The notes beneath the pieces were generated by a model. It saw only the letters and a program-made list of their open reading frames with translations, was not told the DNA's origin and ran no database searches. Shown here piece by piece: positions 53,227-63,218 of a stretch of DNA of 64,000 nt. How positions within the stretch are numbered: the stretch's first letter is position 1; each line of letters opens with the position of its first letter. Where the stretch lies: assembly GCA_963736855.1 (NCBI GenBank), contig CAVTQK010000015.1, forward strand, positions 704,001 through 768,000, in the 5' to 3' direction. The translations under genes and the position numbers were made by a program. This stretch comes from an uncultured delta proteobacterium (lineage in GTDB: Bacteria > Desulfobacterota > Desulfobacteria > Desulfobacterales > UBA2156).

Positions 53227-54387
53227 CTAGACCTTGGCCTGGATGTCGGCGGCCGCCTGCTCGAGATCCTCGAGGTGCGGCGAGCGGAGGATGAAGCCGT
53301 AGTTCCCGATGGCGGCGCTGAAGACGTCGTTCACCGGCTCGTGGTGCACCAGCAGTCCCGCGTGGCGCGCCAGCACCTCCTCGAGCGGGAGCGCGTAGCG
53401 GTAGCGGTCCTTCCGCCCCACGTAGGCCACGCACCAGGGGCGCTCGAACCTCTGGGCCACGTTGCCGTGCACGAGCAGCTCGGCCCAGGCCCGGTAGAGG
53501 TCGGCGTCGTTCTGGTAGTTCCACATGTCGACGGTCATCCCGCCGGGCGGCCGCATATTCACCTCGAGTGCGACGAGCGATCCGTCCTTCCGGCGGAAGA
53601 ACTCGATGTGGAAGAAGCGCTCCCGGATGTCGAAGGCGCGGACCAGGCGCCGGCCGGCGTCGGCCAGGTCGGGCTCGATCTCGCGCGAGGCGTGGTACCA
53701 GACGTCGGTGTCCTCGTTGACCACCTCCATGATCCCGCGGCTGTAGCGGAGCGAGGCGTCGAAGACCACGCGGCCGTCCCGGTCGGCGAGGCCGTCGTAG
53801 GTGACGATGTCCCCCTCGACGAACCCCTCCAGGACGTAGTCGACCGCCGGGCGCGATCCCAGGAAGGATTCCAGGTCGGACGCGGCGTGGAGCTTCCAGG
53901 TGCGGGAGGCCCCCACTCCCACGTCCGGCTTGGCCACCAGCGGATACCCGACCCGGGCCACGAAGGCGCGGGCCGCCTCGGGCTCGCGGACCAGGTGGGC
54001 GGGCGCGGCGGGAATCCCCGCCCTGGCGAAGAGCCCCTTCATCCCGGTCTTGCGCTGGATCACCGCCAGGTCGGCGGGCCGGAGCCCGGGGACGTTGAAG
54101 TCCTCCCGCAGCCGGGCCTCGGTCGAGAGCCAGTACTCGCTCATGGAGTCGATCCGGTCGATCTTGCCGTGGCGGAAGGTGAGGAATCCCAGCCCGCGCA
54201 CCAGGTCGTCGTACCGGTGCATGTCCGGGACCCGGTAGTACTCGGCCAGGGCTCCCTGGAGCCCGGGGCGCAGCCGCTCCCAGGGCTCGTCGGCCAGGGC
54301 GAGCGGGTTCGCCCCGGCGTCGCGGAGGGCGACCACGAAGTGCCAGAAGTTGAGGGGGAAGTGGGGGGATAGGAAGACGACGTTCAA
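53227..54387 (-). CDS. ATP-grasp domain protein
   Basis: TTG start with GGAGG RBS; FLSPHFP, YPLVAKPDVGVGA, FFHIEFF and LEVNMRPPG. Confidence 0.88.
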   Translation of the reverse strand: MNVVFLSPHFPLNFWHFVVALRDAGANPLALADEPWERLRPGLQGALAEYYRVPDMHRYDDLVRGLGFLTFRHGKIDRIDSMSEYWLSTEARLREDFNVPGLRPADLAVIQRKTGMKGLFARAGIPAAPAHLVREPEAARAFVARVGYPLVAKPDVGVGASRTWKLHAASDLESFLGSRPAVDYVLEGFVEGDIVTYDGLADRDGRVVFDASLRYSRGIMEVVNEDTDVWYHASREIEPDLADAGRRLVRAFDIRERFFHIEFFRRKDGSLVALEVNMRPPGGMTVDMWNYQNDADLYRAWAELLVHGNVAQRFERPWCVAYVGRKDRYRYALPLEEVLARHAGLLVHHEPVNDVFSAAIGNYGFILRSPHLEDLEQAAADIQAKV

Positions 54388-54502
54388 GGGGGGCCTCCGC
54401 CGGAGGATTACCACGATCGGGCTCCTCCTTCGTGGATGACAACGTCAGACGGAAGATCTAGGTTGCGTCGCTTCTCTTCACCCACCAGAGGGATCACACC
54501 AC

Positions 54503-55351
54503 ATGAACTCGCCGTACCTCCGCAGGAAGCTGCCGCTTCTCGCCGCTCTTCTCTCGCTCGCCATCGCAGCGCCGGCCCGTGCCGAGGCGCCCCCTCCGCC
54601 CAAGGAGGAGTCCTTCTTCACGACCACGAACGTGCAGCTGCTCTGGGGCGGTGGCTTCTCCGACGCCCAGCTCGGGTACTTCACGAAGACCCAGAGCATG
54701 TTCACGCTGACGCTCAACAACTACACGCAGTTCAAGTACGGCGACAGCTTCGCCTTCGTCGACATGTACCAGGGCGACTTCGTGGACCCGTTCCTCCCGG
54801 GCAACGTGTCGGCCGGCAACGCCAAGCTCTACGCCGAGTGGCACCCCCGCCTCTTCATCAACAAGATGATCGGCCAGAAGGACCCGGTGCTGGGCGTCAT
54901 CGGCAACTGGGGCCCGGCCTTCGAGATCAACGTCGGGAACAACTTCGTCGCCTACCTGGCCGGCGCGGGTGCCGACCTGTTCCTCCCCTTCAACATCTAC
55001 GTCGGGGTGAACCTCTACTACCGGTACAGCGCGCTGTGGATCTTCCCCGGCGCGGGCGGCACGATCTACACCCACACCTGGCAGTTCAGCCCCTTCTGGA
55101 CGGTCCCCTTCCAGATCGGCCCGGTGCCCTTCCTCTTCACCGGGTTCCTGGACATGTACCGCTACAACACCGGCGGCGTGGACGTGATGTTCCAGCCCCA
55201 GCTCGTCGTCGACGTCCTGGCGCCGTTCGGCGGCAAGAGCAACACGCTCTTCGCCGGCATGGAGTGGTACCTGCACTCCTACGTCTTCGACGGCTTCGAC
55301 CGCCACACCGTGTCGGCACCTCAGATGATGGTGCAGTGGAACATCCACTGA
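54503..55351 (+). CDS. Tsx/OmpK-like nucleoside-specific outer-membrane channel
   Basis: NVQLLWG...YGDSFAFVD...YAEWHPR...FTGFLD...QPQL...GMEW; adjacent to a nucleobase permease. Confidence 0.72.
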   Translation: MNSPYLRRKLPLLAALLSLAIAAPARAEAPPPPKEESFFTTTNVQLLWGGGFSDAQLGYFTKTQSMFTLTLNNYTQFKYGDSFAFVDMYQGDFVDPFLPGNVSAGNAKLYAEWHPRLFINKMIGQKDPVLGVIGNWGPAFEINVGNNFVAYLAGAGADLFLPFNIYVGVNLYYRYSALWIFPGAGGTIYTHTWQFSPFWTVPFQIGPVPFLFTGFLDMYRYNTGGVDVMFQPQLVVDVLAPFGGKSNTLFAGMEWYLHSYVFDGFDRHTVSAPQMMVQWNIH

Positions 55352-55432
55352 TCGCGGCCTGACGCGGGGGCGCACCGGGCGGTCCCGGCGCGTCCTCGCG
55401 GTCCTGCTCGCCATCCACCGACCGGAGGACTC

Positions 55433-56731
55433 TTGGCACCTCGCACCGTGGGCATCACCGAGCGGCTCCCGCTTCTCCAGGCGCTGCCCCTCTCGCTCCA
55501 GCACCTCTTCGCCATGTTCGGCGCCACCGTCCTCGTTCCCTTCCTGGTCGGGCTCGACACCTCGGTCACGCTCTTCACGAGCGGCGTCGGCACGCTCCTC
55601 TACATCGTCATCACCAAGGGGCGCATCCCGGCCTACCTGGGATCGTCCTTCGCCTTCATCGCCGCGCTCTCCGGCATCCTGGCCGTGAAGCCGGGGCAGA
55701 TCGCCCCCGACGAGCGGGTGGCCATCGCCATGGGCGGCTGCGTCACGGTGGGCGTCATCTACATCGTGGTGGCCGCGGCCATCGGCAAGTTCGGGACGGG
55801 CTGGGTGGACAAGCTGCTCCCGCCCGTGGTCATCGGCCCGGTGGTCATGGTCATCGGGCTCGGGCTGGCCGGCGTGGCGGTGAACGTCATGGCCATGCAG
55901 GGCGGCACCGGCACCTACCACCCCGAGTACTTCCGGGTCGCGCTGGTGGCGCTCGCCATCGCCATCCTGGCGGCCGTGTTCCTCAAGGGGTTCCTGGGAG
56001 TCATCCCCATCCTCATCGGCATCGTGGGCGGCTACCTGGTGGCGTTCCTGGCCGGCCAGGTCGACCTGTCCGGCGTGGCCGCCGCCAAGGCCATGGCGGT
56101 CCCGCACTTCACGCTGCCCAGGTTCCAGTGGGGCGCCATCCTGACCCTCGCCCCCATCTCGCTGGTGGTCATCACCGAGCACATCGGCCACCTCATCGTC
56201 ACCGAGAACGTGGTGGGCGTGAAGCTGGTGAAGGACCCGGGGCTCCACCGGTCGCTGGCCGGCGACGGGGTGGCCACCGCGGTGTCCGGCCTGCTGGGCG
56301 GCCCTCCCAACACCACCTACGGGGAGAACATCGGCGTCATGGCCATCACCCGCGTCTTCAGCGTCTGGGTCATCGGCGGCGCCGCGGTCATCGCCATCGC
56401 CATGTCGTTCTTCCCGCCCATCGGGGCGCTCATCCGCAGCATCCCCACCCAGGTCATGGGCGGCATCTGCATCCTGCTCTTCGGGATCATCGCCTCGGCG
56501 GGGGTGCGCATGCTGGTGGACGCCCGGGTCGACTTCTCCGAGACCCGCAACCTGATCATCGCCTCGGTGATCCTGGTCATCGGGATCGGCGGCGCCAAGA
56601 TCCACCTCGGTCCGGTGGAGATCGGCGAGATGTCGCTCGCCACCTACGTGGGCGTGATCCTGAACCTGGTCCTTCCCGCCCGCCGCGGCTCGCCGGAGCT
56701 GGCCGCCTCGGCCGCGGCGCCGGACGTGTAG
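55433..56731 (+). CDS. uraA: Uracil permease (NCS2 family)
   Basis: LQHLFAMFGATVLVP, YLGSSFAFI, EHIGH and PNTTYGENIGV. Confidence 0.93.
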   Translation: MAPRTVGITERLPLLQALPLSLQHLFAMFGATVLVPFLVGLDTSVTLFTSGVGTLLYIVITKGRIPAYLGSSFAFIAALSGILAVKPGQIAPDERVAIAMGGCVTVGVIYIVVAAAIGKFGTGWVDKLLPPVVIGPVVMVIGLGLAGVAVNVMAMQGGTGTYHPEYFRVALVALAIAILAAVFLKGFLGVIPILIGIVGGYLVAFLAGQVDLSGVAAAKAMAVPHFTLPRFQWGAILTLAPISLVVITEHIGHLIVTENVVGVKLVKDPGLHRSLAGDGVATAVSGLLGGPPNTTYGENIGVMAITRVFSVWVIGGAAVIAIAMSFFPPIGALIRSIPTQVMGGICILLFGIIASAGVRMLVDARVDFSETRNLIIASVILVIGIGGAKIHLGPVEIGEMSLATYVGVILNLVLPARRGSPELAASAAAPDV

Positions 56732-56794
56732 GCCTCCGGTCCGGCCGGACCGATGGGGTGGCGCCCCGATCCGGTATCCGCTATAACGGAAGCC

Positions 56795-57499
56795 ATGTCG
56801 ACCCATCCGTTCCGGACCGCCGATCCCTACCGCGACCTCGCCGTGATCGACGAGCGGGCCCCGCGGCTGAACCAGCTCCTCACCGGAGTCCTGGCGCTCT
56901 CCGCGCTCCTCACCGGTGCCTGGCCGCTCGTCGCCCTGGCGGCCGTCCAGATCTCCACCGGCCTCCTCCTGGGCCGGCGCTGGTGCCTCGCCTGCCGGCT
57001 CTACTTCGGGCTCGTCCAGCCGGTCCTGGGCGAGGGGCCCGTCGAGGACGCCCGTCCCGTGAAGTTCGCCAACCAGGTCGGGGCGGCCTTCCTGTGGTCC
57101 TCCACGCTGCTGCACCTGGCGGGCCTGCACGCCGCGGGCAACGTGCTGGCCGGCGTGGTGGCCGCGCTGGCCCTGCTCGCCGCCAGCACCGGATTCTGCG
57201 CGGGCTGCACGCTCTACCGGGCCTGGGCCTTCCTGCGGGGAGTCCGGGGAGGGACCCCGGGGCATCTCGACCTGGCCGAGGTGGGCGGCACCCCTGGCCG
57301 GGAGTCGGTGGTCCAGTTCACCCACCCGCTCTGCGCCGACTGCCAGGAGCTCTCCACCCGCCTGTCCGCCTCCGGCCAGGACCCGGTGCTGGTGGACGTG
57401 TCCAGGCGGCCCGACCTGGCGCGGAAGTACGGCGTCGCCGTGGTCCCGTTCGCGGTGGCCGTCCGCGCCAACGGCAGCGTCGAGCGCCGGGTTCACTGA
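56795..57499 (+). CDS. DUF4395 membrane domain fused to a thioredoxin-like domain
   Basis: IDERAPRLNQ...EDARPVKFANQVG...GFCAGCTLY; C-terminal VQFTHPLCADC...DLARKYGV. Confidence 0.75.
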   Translation: MSTHPFRTADPYRDLAVIDERAPRLNQLLTGVLALSALLTGAWPLVALAAVQISTGLLLGRRWCLACRLYFGLVQPVLGEGPVEDARPVKFANQVGAAFLWSSTLLHLAGLHAAGNVLAGVVAALALLAASTGFCAGCTLYRAWAFLRGVRGGTPGHLDLAEVGGTPGRESVVQFTHPLCADCQELSTRLSASGQDPVLVDVSRRPDLARKYGVAVVPFAVAVRANGSVERRVH

Positions 57500-58065
57500 C
57501 CGCGGCGTGCCCGGAGGCGCCGCGCCAGCAGTACCCGAAGCACCCCGATGCACGCCCAGCCCCACAGGGTTCCCCAGGCCGCACCGATGACGACGTCGCC
57601 GGGCCAGTGGACGCCCACGTACATGCGGCTCCAGGCCATCCCCACGGCCAGGGCGAAGAGGAGCGGGGCCAGGGCCGGCAGGCCCGCCGATCCCACCGCC
57701 GCCATGGCGAAGAAGTTCGCGACGTGGAGGCTGGGGATGGACCCCACGTTGGCCGCCGGCGACAGGAACCGGACCGTTCCCTCCTGCAGGGCATAGACCG
57801 GCCGGGCCCGGGGCAGGAGCGGGCGGAGCACCTGCGAGCCGAGCCCGTCGGTGAGGGCCAGCGCGGCTGCGAGGGCCAGGACCCAGGCCAGTCGCTCCCC
57901 CTGGCGCCGGAGGAGCAGGCCGGCCGCGAGCAGGACCGCCACCGACGCGCCGAAGGCCGGGGTGGAGAGGGCTCGCGCCAGGGCGTCGACCCACGGGCCG
58001 GCGTCCACGTTCACGGCGCGGAAGATGCGCTCCTCGACGGCGAGATGGAGGTCGGCGGGGGTCAC
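57493..58065 (-). CDS. PAP2 family phosphatase
   Basis: RARP, SIPSLH and SRMYVGVHWPGDV. Confidence 0.88.
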   Translation of the reverse strand: MTPADLHLAVEERIFRAVNVDAGPWVDALARALSTPAFGASVAVLLAAGLLLRRQGERLAWVLALAAALALTDGLGSQVLRPLLPRARPVYALQEGTVRFLSPAANVGSIPSLHVANFFAMAAVGSAGLPALAPLLFALAVGMAWSRMYVGVHWPGDVVIGAAWGTLWGWACIGVLRVLLARRLRARRGQ

Positions 58066-58180
58066 GGACGGGCCAGCGACGCCGAGGATACTCCAGGACC
58101 GCCCCCAGAGGGTCGATGCGCCCGTTCCTCCGCCCGGTACAGTCGATCGGGGACCGGGGAGAGCCCGGGGAGGGGGAGAC

Positions 58181-59365
58181 ATGCGGGGGAGTCCTGCGCT
58201 CGCGGCGCTCGTTGTACTCGGAGTGACGTGGGCGCCCGATGCCGCGCCGGCCGGCGGTGACTGGCTCGACCGGCCGACGCTGGCGGAGTGGAACAAGGCG
58301 GGCGCGGAGATCCCCCGCGCGCCGAGGTTCGACCCCGACCCGTTCCTCGCCAGGCAGTGCGCCGGGCAGGCCCGCGCCCCGGTCTCGAACGGCGACCGGG
58401 CGGTCGTGGCGGCCGGCTGGAAGCTCATCGGCGCCTCCCAGTCCTTCGGGGGGACCGAGGTGGTCCTGGGTCGCTCGGGAGTGGACGGGATGTGCCGGCC
58501 GCTGGGCTTCCAGGCCTTCGTCTTCGTGGGCGGACGCTTCGCGGGCACGCTGGCCCCGCGCCCCGTGGACTCCCGGTCAGACGGCATGGCCCAGGTCCCA
58601 CAGATGTGGTCCGCCGACGGGATCGTGGTGCCCTTCTCCCGCTACGCGAGCACCGACCCGCTCTGCTGCCCGTCGCGCGTGAGCACCGTCCAGTACCGGA
58701 TCGAGACCGGGGCCCGGGGGCCGGTGGTGAGGGCCGTCGGGGTCACCACCATCGCCGCCGGCGACGCACCCCCTCCTCCTCCCCCGGCCAGCATCGCGCT
58801 CCGGACGTGGCAGCTCGTGCGGATCCAGATGATGGACGACGCGGTCCTCGTCCCCGATCACCCGTCCCGGTACACGCTGGAGCTGGGGAGCGACGGGCGC
58901 GCCTCGGTCCGGGCCGACTGCAACCGGGGGAGCGGGCCCTACAGGCTGGACGGCCGGTCGCTCACCTTCGGCCCGCTCGCCACCACGCGCGCCATGTGCC
59001 CACCCGGTTCGCTCTCCGACCGCTACCTGGCGCAGCTCTCCCAGGCCGCCTCCTGGCTCGAGCGGGACGGGAAGCTCCACGTCGCCACACGCGCGGACGG
59101 CTCCATCCTGGAGTTCCAGCCCGCCCCCGGGCAGGACGGCCTCATGAGCCCGTCCGAGCGCTGCACCCGGAGCGGCGGGACGGAGGGCTCGGCGAGCTGC
59201 TGCGGCCTGGTGGGCGACTTCCCCAACACCTGCCGCGCCGGGACCTGCGGCTGCGCGCCCGGGAGCAGCCACGCGGTCCAGGTGTGCCAGTGCCCTCCGG
59301 GCCAGTGCTTCGACGGCAAGTCGTGCACGGCGGCGACGACGCCTCCGGCCGGTCAGCTCCGGTAG
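58181..59365 (+). CDS. Secreted LppP/LprE-like + META (HslJ) domain protein with Cys-rich tail
   Basis: DGMCRP...DPLCCPS; WQLV...ADCNRGSGPY...LATTRAMC; C-terminal tail with nine Cys. Confidence 0.72.
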   Translation: MRGSPALAALVVLGVTWAPDAAPAGGDWLDRPTLAEWNKAGAEIPRAPRFDPDPFLARQCAGQARAPVSNGDRAVVAAGWKLIGASQSFGGTEVVLGRSGVDGMCRPLGFQAFVFVGGRFAGTLAPRPVDSRSDGMAQVPQMWSADGIVVPFSRYASTDPLCCPSRVSTVQYRIETGARGPVVRAVGVTTIAAGDAPPPPPPASIALRTWQLVRIQMMDDAVLVPDHPSRYTLELGSDGRASVRADCNRGSGPYRLDGRSLTFGPLATTRAMCPPGSLSDRYLAQLSQAASWLERDGKLHVATRADGSILEFQPAPGQDGLMSPSERCTRSGGTEGSASCCGLVGDFPNTCRAGTCGCAPGSSHAVQVCQCPPGQCFDGKSCTAATTPPAGQLR

Positions 59366-60672
59366 TCGGCGTTCTCGGTCACGTACTCGTGGCTCCGGTC
59401 GGCGCCGAGCACCTCGGCCACCGCGGAGCCCAGCCCGAGGTCGACCTCGATCTCCACCGAGCGCTCGTGCGGCGGGTAGTCCACCGGCGGACGGAAGGTC
59501 AGGCCGTCCGGGGGCGGGACCGAGGCGTACAGCTCGGCGCCCTTCATGTGCAGGTGCAGGCGCCGCTCCCTCTCCGGGTCGAGGCGCATGGCCCCCTCCT
59601 CGAAGATGGTCTCGCCCCCGAGCCGCAGCCGCACCGCCGCCGGGTCGAGCCCGAGCCCGCTGCGCCCCGCCTGCTTGCCGATGGCGGCCAGCAGTCGCCC
59701 CACGTTGGGGTCGTTGCCGTTCACGGCGCACTGCACCAGCGGTGAATTGACCACCGCCTTCCCGATCTCCCGGGCCGATCGCGCGTCGGGCGCGCCGCGG
59801 ACCACCACGTGCAGGACGTGGTGCACCCCCTCCCCGTTGCGGACCACGTCCTCGGCCAGGTCGCGGGTCAGGCGAGAGAGCGCCTCCCGGAAGGCCCGCG
59901 GGTCCGGCGCGGGGCGTCGCATCGAGGAGACCAGCGCCACCGTGTCGGAGGTGCTGGTGTCCGAGTCGACGGTGATGCACTGGAAGCTCCCCTCGACCGC
60001 CTCGTCGAGGGCGGCTCGAAGCTCCTCGCGCGGAACCGAGAGGTCGGTCAGGAGGTAGACGAGCATGGTGGCCAGGTCGGGCTCGATCATGCCGGCCCCC
60101 TTGGCGATGCCCACGATGCTGCCCTGCCCCACCGCCACGCGGCGCACCTTGGGGTAGAGGTCGGTGGTGAGGATGGCCTCCGCCGCGGGCAGGACGCTGT
60201 CGGCCTGGAGCGAGGCCACCGCGCCGGGCAGGGCCGCGACCATCTCCTTCACCGGAAGTCTCCAGCCGATGACGCCGGTGGAGCTGGGGAGCACCTCGGT
60301 CGAACCCACCCCGAGCAGGCGCGCCGCGGCCGCCGCCACCTCCTCGGCCGCCTCCACGCCGCCGGGAGCGCACACGTTCGAGACCTTGTTGTTCACCACC
60401 CAGGCGGCGAGCCGCGGGCCGGCGAGGCGAGCCCTTCCCACGATCACCGGCGCGCCGGGGAAGGCGTTGCGGGTGAACTTGGCGGCGAAGGACGGGGTGG
60501 GCGCGTCGACGGCGAGGATCGCCAGGTTCATCCTCGCCGGCTTCGGGACCTCCACCGGCGTGAAGTCGAGACGCGCGGTGCCGACGCGAAAGCCGAGGGG
60601 GAGGCGGGACTGGGACTCGAGCCAGGCCCGGTGCTGGGCGCGGCTCGTGAACGTTAGCTGGGTGCTCGGCAT
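59353..60672 (-). CDS. argJ: Bifunctional ornithine acetyltransferase / N-acetylglutamate synthase
   Basis: FTRNAFPGAP, STGVIG, KGAGMIEPDLATML autocleavage site, DTSTSD, NGEG and DPNVGR. Confidence 0.92.
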   Translation of the reverse strand: MPSTQLTFTSRAQHRAWLESQSRLPLGFRVGTARLDFTPVEVPKPARMNLAILAVDAPTPSFAAKFTRNAFPGAPVIVGRARLAGPRLAAWVVNNKVSNVCAPGGVEAAEEVAAAAARLLGVGSTEVLPSSTGVIGWRLPVKEMVAALPGAVASLQADSVLPAAEAILTTDLYPKVRRVAVGQGSIVGIAKGAGMIEPDLATMLVYLLTDLSVPREELRAALDEAVEGSFQCITVDSDTSTSDTVALVSSMRRPAPDPRAFREALSRLTRDLAEDVVRNGEGVHHVLHVVVRGAPDARSAREIGKAVVNSPLVQCAVNGNDPNVGRLLAAIGKQAGRSGLGLDPAAVRLRLGGETIFEEGAMRLDPERERRLHLHMKGAELYASVPPPDGLTFRPPVDYPPHERSVEIEVDLGLGSAVAEVLGADRSHEYVTENADYRS

Positions 60673-60808
60673 GGATTCCCCATCCAAGCGTCGCGGCGCC
60701 GCGAGGTCAACCCCGAACGGGTCTCCTGATGGTACGCGGCCCCCTGGCCGCTTATATGTGCCTTTCGCCGCCACTCCCGCCGTCGACCCATTCCCCGGAG
60801 AACCACAG

Positions 60809-61213
60809 ATGAAGAACGCCGTCCGCACCTTGCTCGTCGCCGTCCTCGCCGCACCCACCTTCGCCCTCGCCCAGATGCCCTCGACGCCCCAGGTGCCGTC
60901 GGCTCCCCCGGCCCCGTCCACCACGGACCTCAAGGCGGCCGGCACCACCGCCGGCGCCAAGGCCACCGACTCGGCCAAGGCCACCGGCGCCGCCGCCACG
61001 GACGCCACCAAGGCCCAGGCCGCCTCCACCGGCCAGCAGGTCAAGGCCACCGCCAAGACCGAGGGCAAGAAGGCCGCCAAGAAGGGCGTGGACGCCGGCG
61101 CCGCCAAGACCGGCACCGTGGGCGCCACGGTCGCCCCGCACGCGCACGATGCCGCCGCCACGGGCGTCGACAAGGGCGTGGACAAGGCCGCCGACAAGGC
61201 CGGCATCAAGTAG
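60809..61213 (+). CDS. Secreted Ala/Lys/Thr-rich low-complexity protein
   Basis: RBS ggag; signal peptide MKNAVRTLLVAVLAAPTFALA; repetitive KA/DKGV motifs. Confidence 0.75.
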   Translation: MKNAVRTLLVAVLAAPTFALAQMPSTPQVPSAPPAPSTTDLKAAGTTAGAKATDSAKATGAAATDATKAQAASTGQQVKATAKTEGKKAAKKGVDAGAAKTGTVGATVAPHAHDAAATGVDKGVDKAADKAGIK

Positions 61214-61312
61214 CCGACCCTGGCAGGACCCGCGGCCCCGCCGGGTTGGCCCTGGTGGGGCCGTATCGCGTCCGCCGCCGGGCGCCCGACGCCCGGTGCT
61301 AGGCTCGGGACC

Positions 61313-62457
61313 ATGGGTCCCGCGGGCGTGCTTCCCGAGGCACCGGCCGCGATGGAGACGTCGCGGGAGGGGGGGCGACGCTCGTCGTCCGGCTTCGGGG
61401 CGCCTGGCGCCTCGCCGGCGAGCTGCCCGCCGCCTCCGAGGTCGAGCGGGAACTGGCCCGCGCCCCCGCCGCCTCGCTGCGGATGGACGCGACCGGAGTC
61501 GGCGGGTGGGACAGCGGGCTCGTGGTCTTCCTCTACGGAGTGCTCGAGGCCTGCCGCGCCCGGGGCGTCCCGGTGACCCACTCCGGCCTGCCAGGGACGC
61601 TCGAGCGCATGCTGGCGCTCGTCCAGGAGTCGGCACTCCCGCCGTCGGCACCGGCCACCCCCGGGGGATGGCTCGAGCGGCTGGGGCATCGCGCGCTCTC
61701 GTGGCGGGAGAAGGCCCGGGCCACCGCCCTCTTCGTGGGCGAGACCACGCTGGCGCTCGGGCGCTTCGTGGTGGGACGCGCCCGCTTCCGCGGGCAGGAC
61801 CTGGGACTTCTCTTCGAGGGTGCCGGCCCGGGCGCGCTCCCCATCGTCGCCCTGGTGAACTTCCTCGTCGGGATCATCCTGGCGTTCGTGGGCATCACGC
61901 AGCTGCGCCGCTTCGGGGCCGAGTACTACGTGGCCGACATCGTGGGCATCGCGGTGACGCGCGACATGGCGGCCCTCATCACGGCGGTGGTCCTGGCGGG
62001 GCGCAGCGGCGCTGCCTACGCCGCGCAGCTCGCCACCATGAAGGTGACCCAGGAGGTGGACGCGCTGCGCACCCTCGGCATCTCCCCCGTGGAGTTCCTG
62101 GTGGTGCCCCGGCTCGTCGCCCTCACCCTGATGATGCCGTTCCTCACCCTCTTCGCCGACCTGATGGGGATCCTGGGCGGCGCGGCGGTGGGCACCACCA
62201 TGATGAACCAGGCGATGGCCGCCTACCTGCGCCAGACCTCCCAGTCCGTCACCACGGGTGACATCGCCGGCGGGCTCGCGAAGTCGGCGGTCTACGGCAC
62301 CCTCATCGCCCTGACCGGGACCGCGCGCGGGCTCGAGGCCGAGCGGAGCTCGGAGCGGGTCGGCGAGGCCGCCACCAAGGCGGTGGTCACCGGGGTGGTG
62401 GCCATCATCGCCGCCTGTGGCGTATTCCAGTACGTCTTCTTCCTGTTCGGGTGGTGA
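61313..62457 (+). CDS. mlaE: MlaE-family ABC permease with STAS-like N-terminus (frameshifted 5' end)
   Basis: GALPIV...AGRSGAAYAAQLATMKVTQEVDALRTLG...VGEAATKAVV. Confidence 0.9.
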
Positions 62458-63209
62458 ACGTGGCCGACGCGATCCTGGGCGTGCGGGACCTGACCATGGC
62501 CTTCGGCGATCGGGTGGTCATGGAGGGGCTCGACTTCGAGATCCGGCGCGGCGAGATCTACGTGGTCATGGGCGGGAGCGGCTGCGGGAAGAGCACGCTC
62601 CTCCGCCACATGCTGGGGCTGCAGGAGCCCGCATCGGGGCAGGTGTTCTACGGCGAGGAGAGCTTCACCCGGGCCGGTCCGGCCGACCGGGAGCGCCTCC
62701 TGCGCCGGGTGGGGGTGCTCTACCAGGGAAGCGCGCTCTGGACCTCGATGACCCTGGCCGAGAACGTGGCCCTGCCGCTCCAGCAGTTCACCACCCTCTC
62801 CCCCTCCCGCATCCAGGAGGTGGTGGAGCTGAAGCTCGCGCTGGTGGGGCTCCACGGCTTCGAGTCCTTCCATCCCTGGGAGCTCTCCGGCGGGATGCAG
62901 AAGCGGGCGGGCCTGGCCCGCGCCATCGCGCTCGACCCGGAGATCCTCTTCATCGACGAGCCGTCGGCCAGCCTCGACCCGCCCACGGGGAGGCGTCTCG
63001 ACCGGCTCATCCGGGAGTTGCGGGACGCGCTCGGCACCACGGTGGTGGTGGTCACCCACGACGTGGCGAGCATCCTCGGCATCGCCACCCGCGCCCTCTT
63101 CCTCGACGCCGAGACCCGGCGGTCCATCGCCGAGGGGCCCCCCGCCGAGCTTCGCGATCACGGCCCCGAGCCGGTCCGGGCCTTCTTTGCCGGGGGCAAG
63201 GCCTCCTAG
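62451..63209 (+). CDS. mlaF: MlaF-family ABC ATPase
   Basis: GGSGCGKST, LSGGMQKRAGLARA, DEP and THD. Confidence 0.92.
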   Translation: MVNVADAILGVRDLTMAFGDRVVMEGLDFEIRRGEIYVVMGGSGCGKSTLLRHMLGLQEPASGQVFYGEESFTRAGPADRERLLRRVGVLYQGSALWTSMTLAENVALPLQQFTTLSPSRIQEVVELKLALVGLHGFESFHPWELSGGMQKRAGLARAIALDPEILFIDEPSASLDPPTGRRLDRLIRELRDALGTTVVVVTHDVASILGIATRALFLDAETRRSIAEGPPAELRDHGPEPVRAFFAGGKAS

Positions 63210-63218
63210 GGAGAAGAC

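Noticed and set aside
54388..54502. PyrR attenuator or purine riboswitch ahead of Tsx/uraA
   Set aside because: No AGUCCAGAGAGG-type PyrR loop, no terminator U-tract and no purine aptamer consensus visible.
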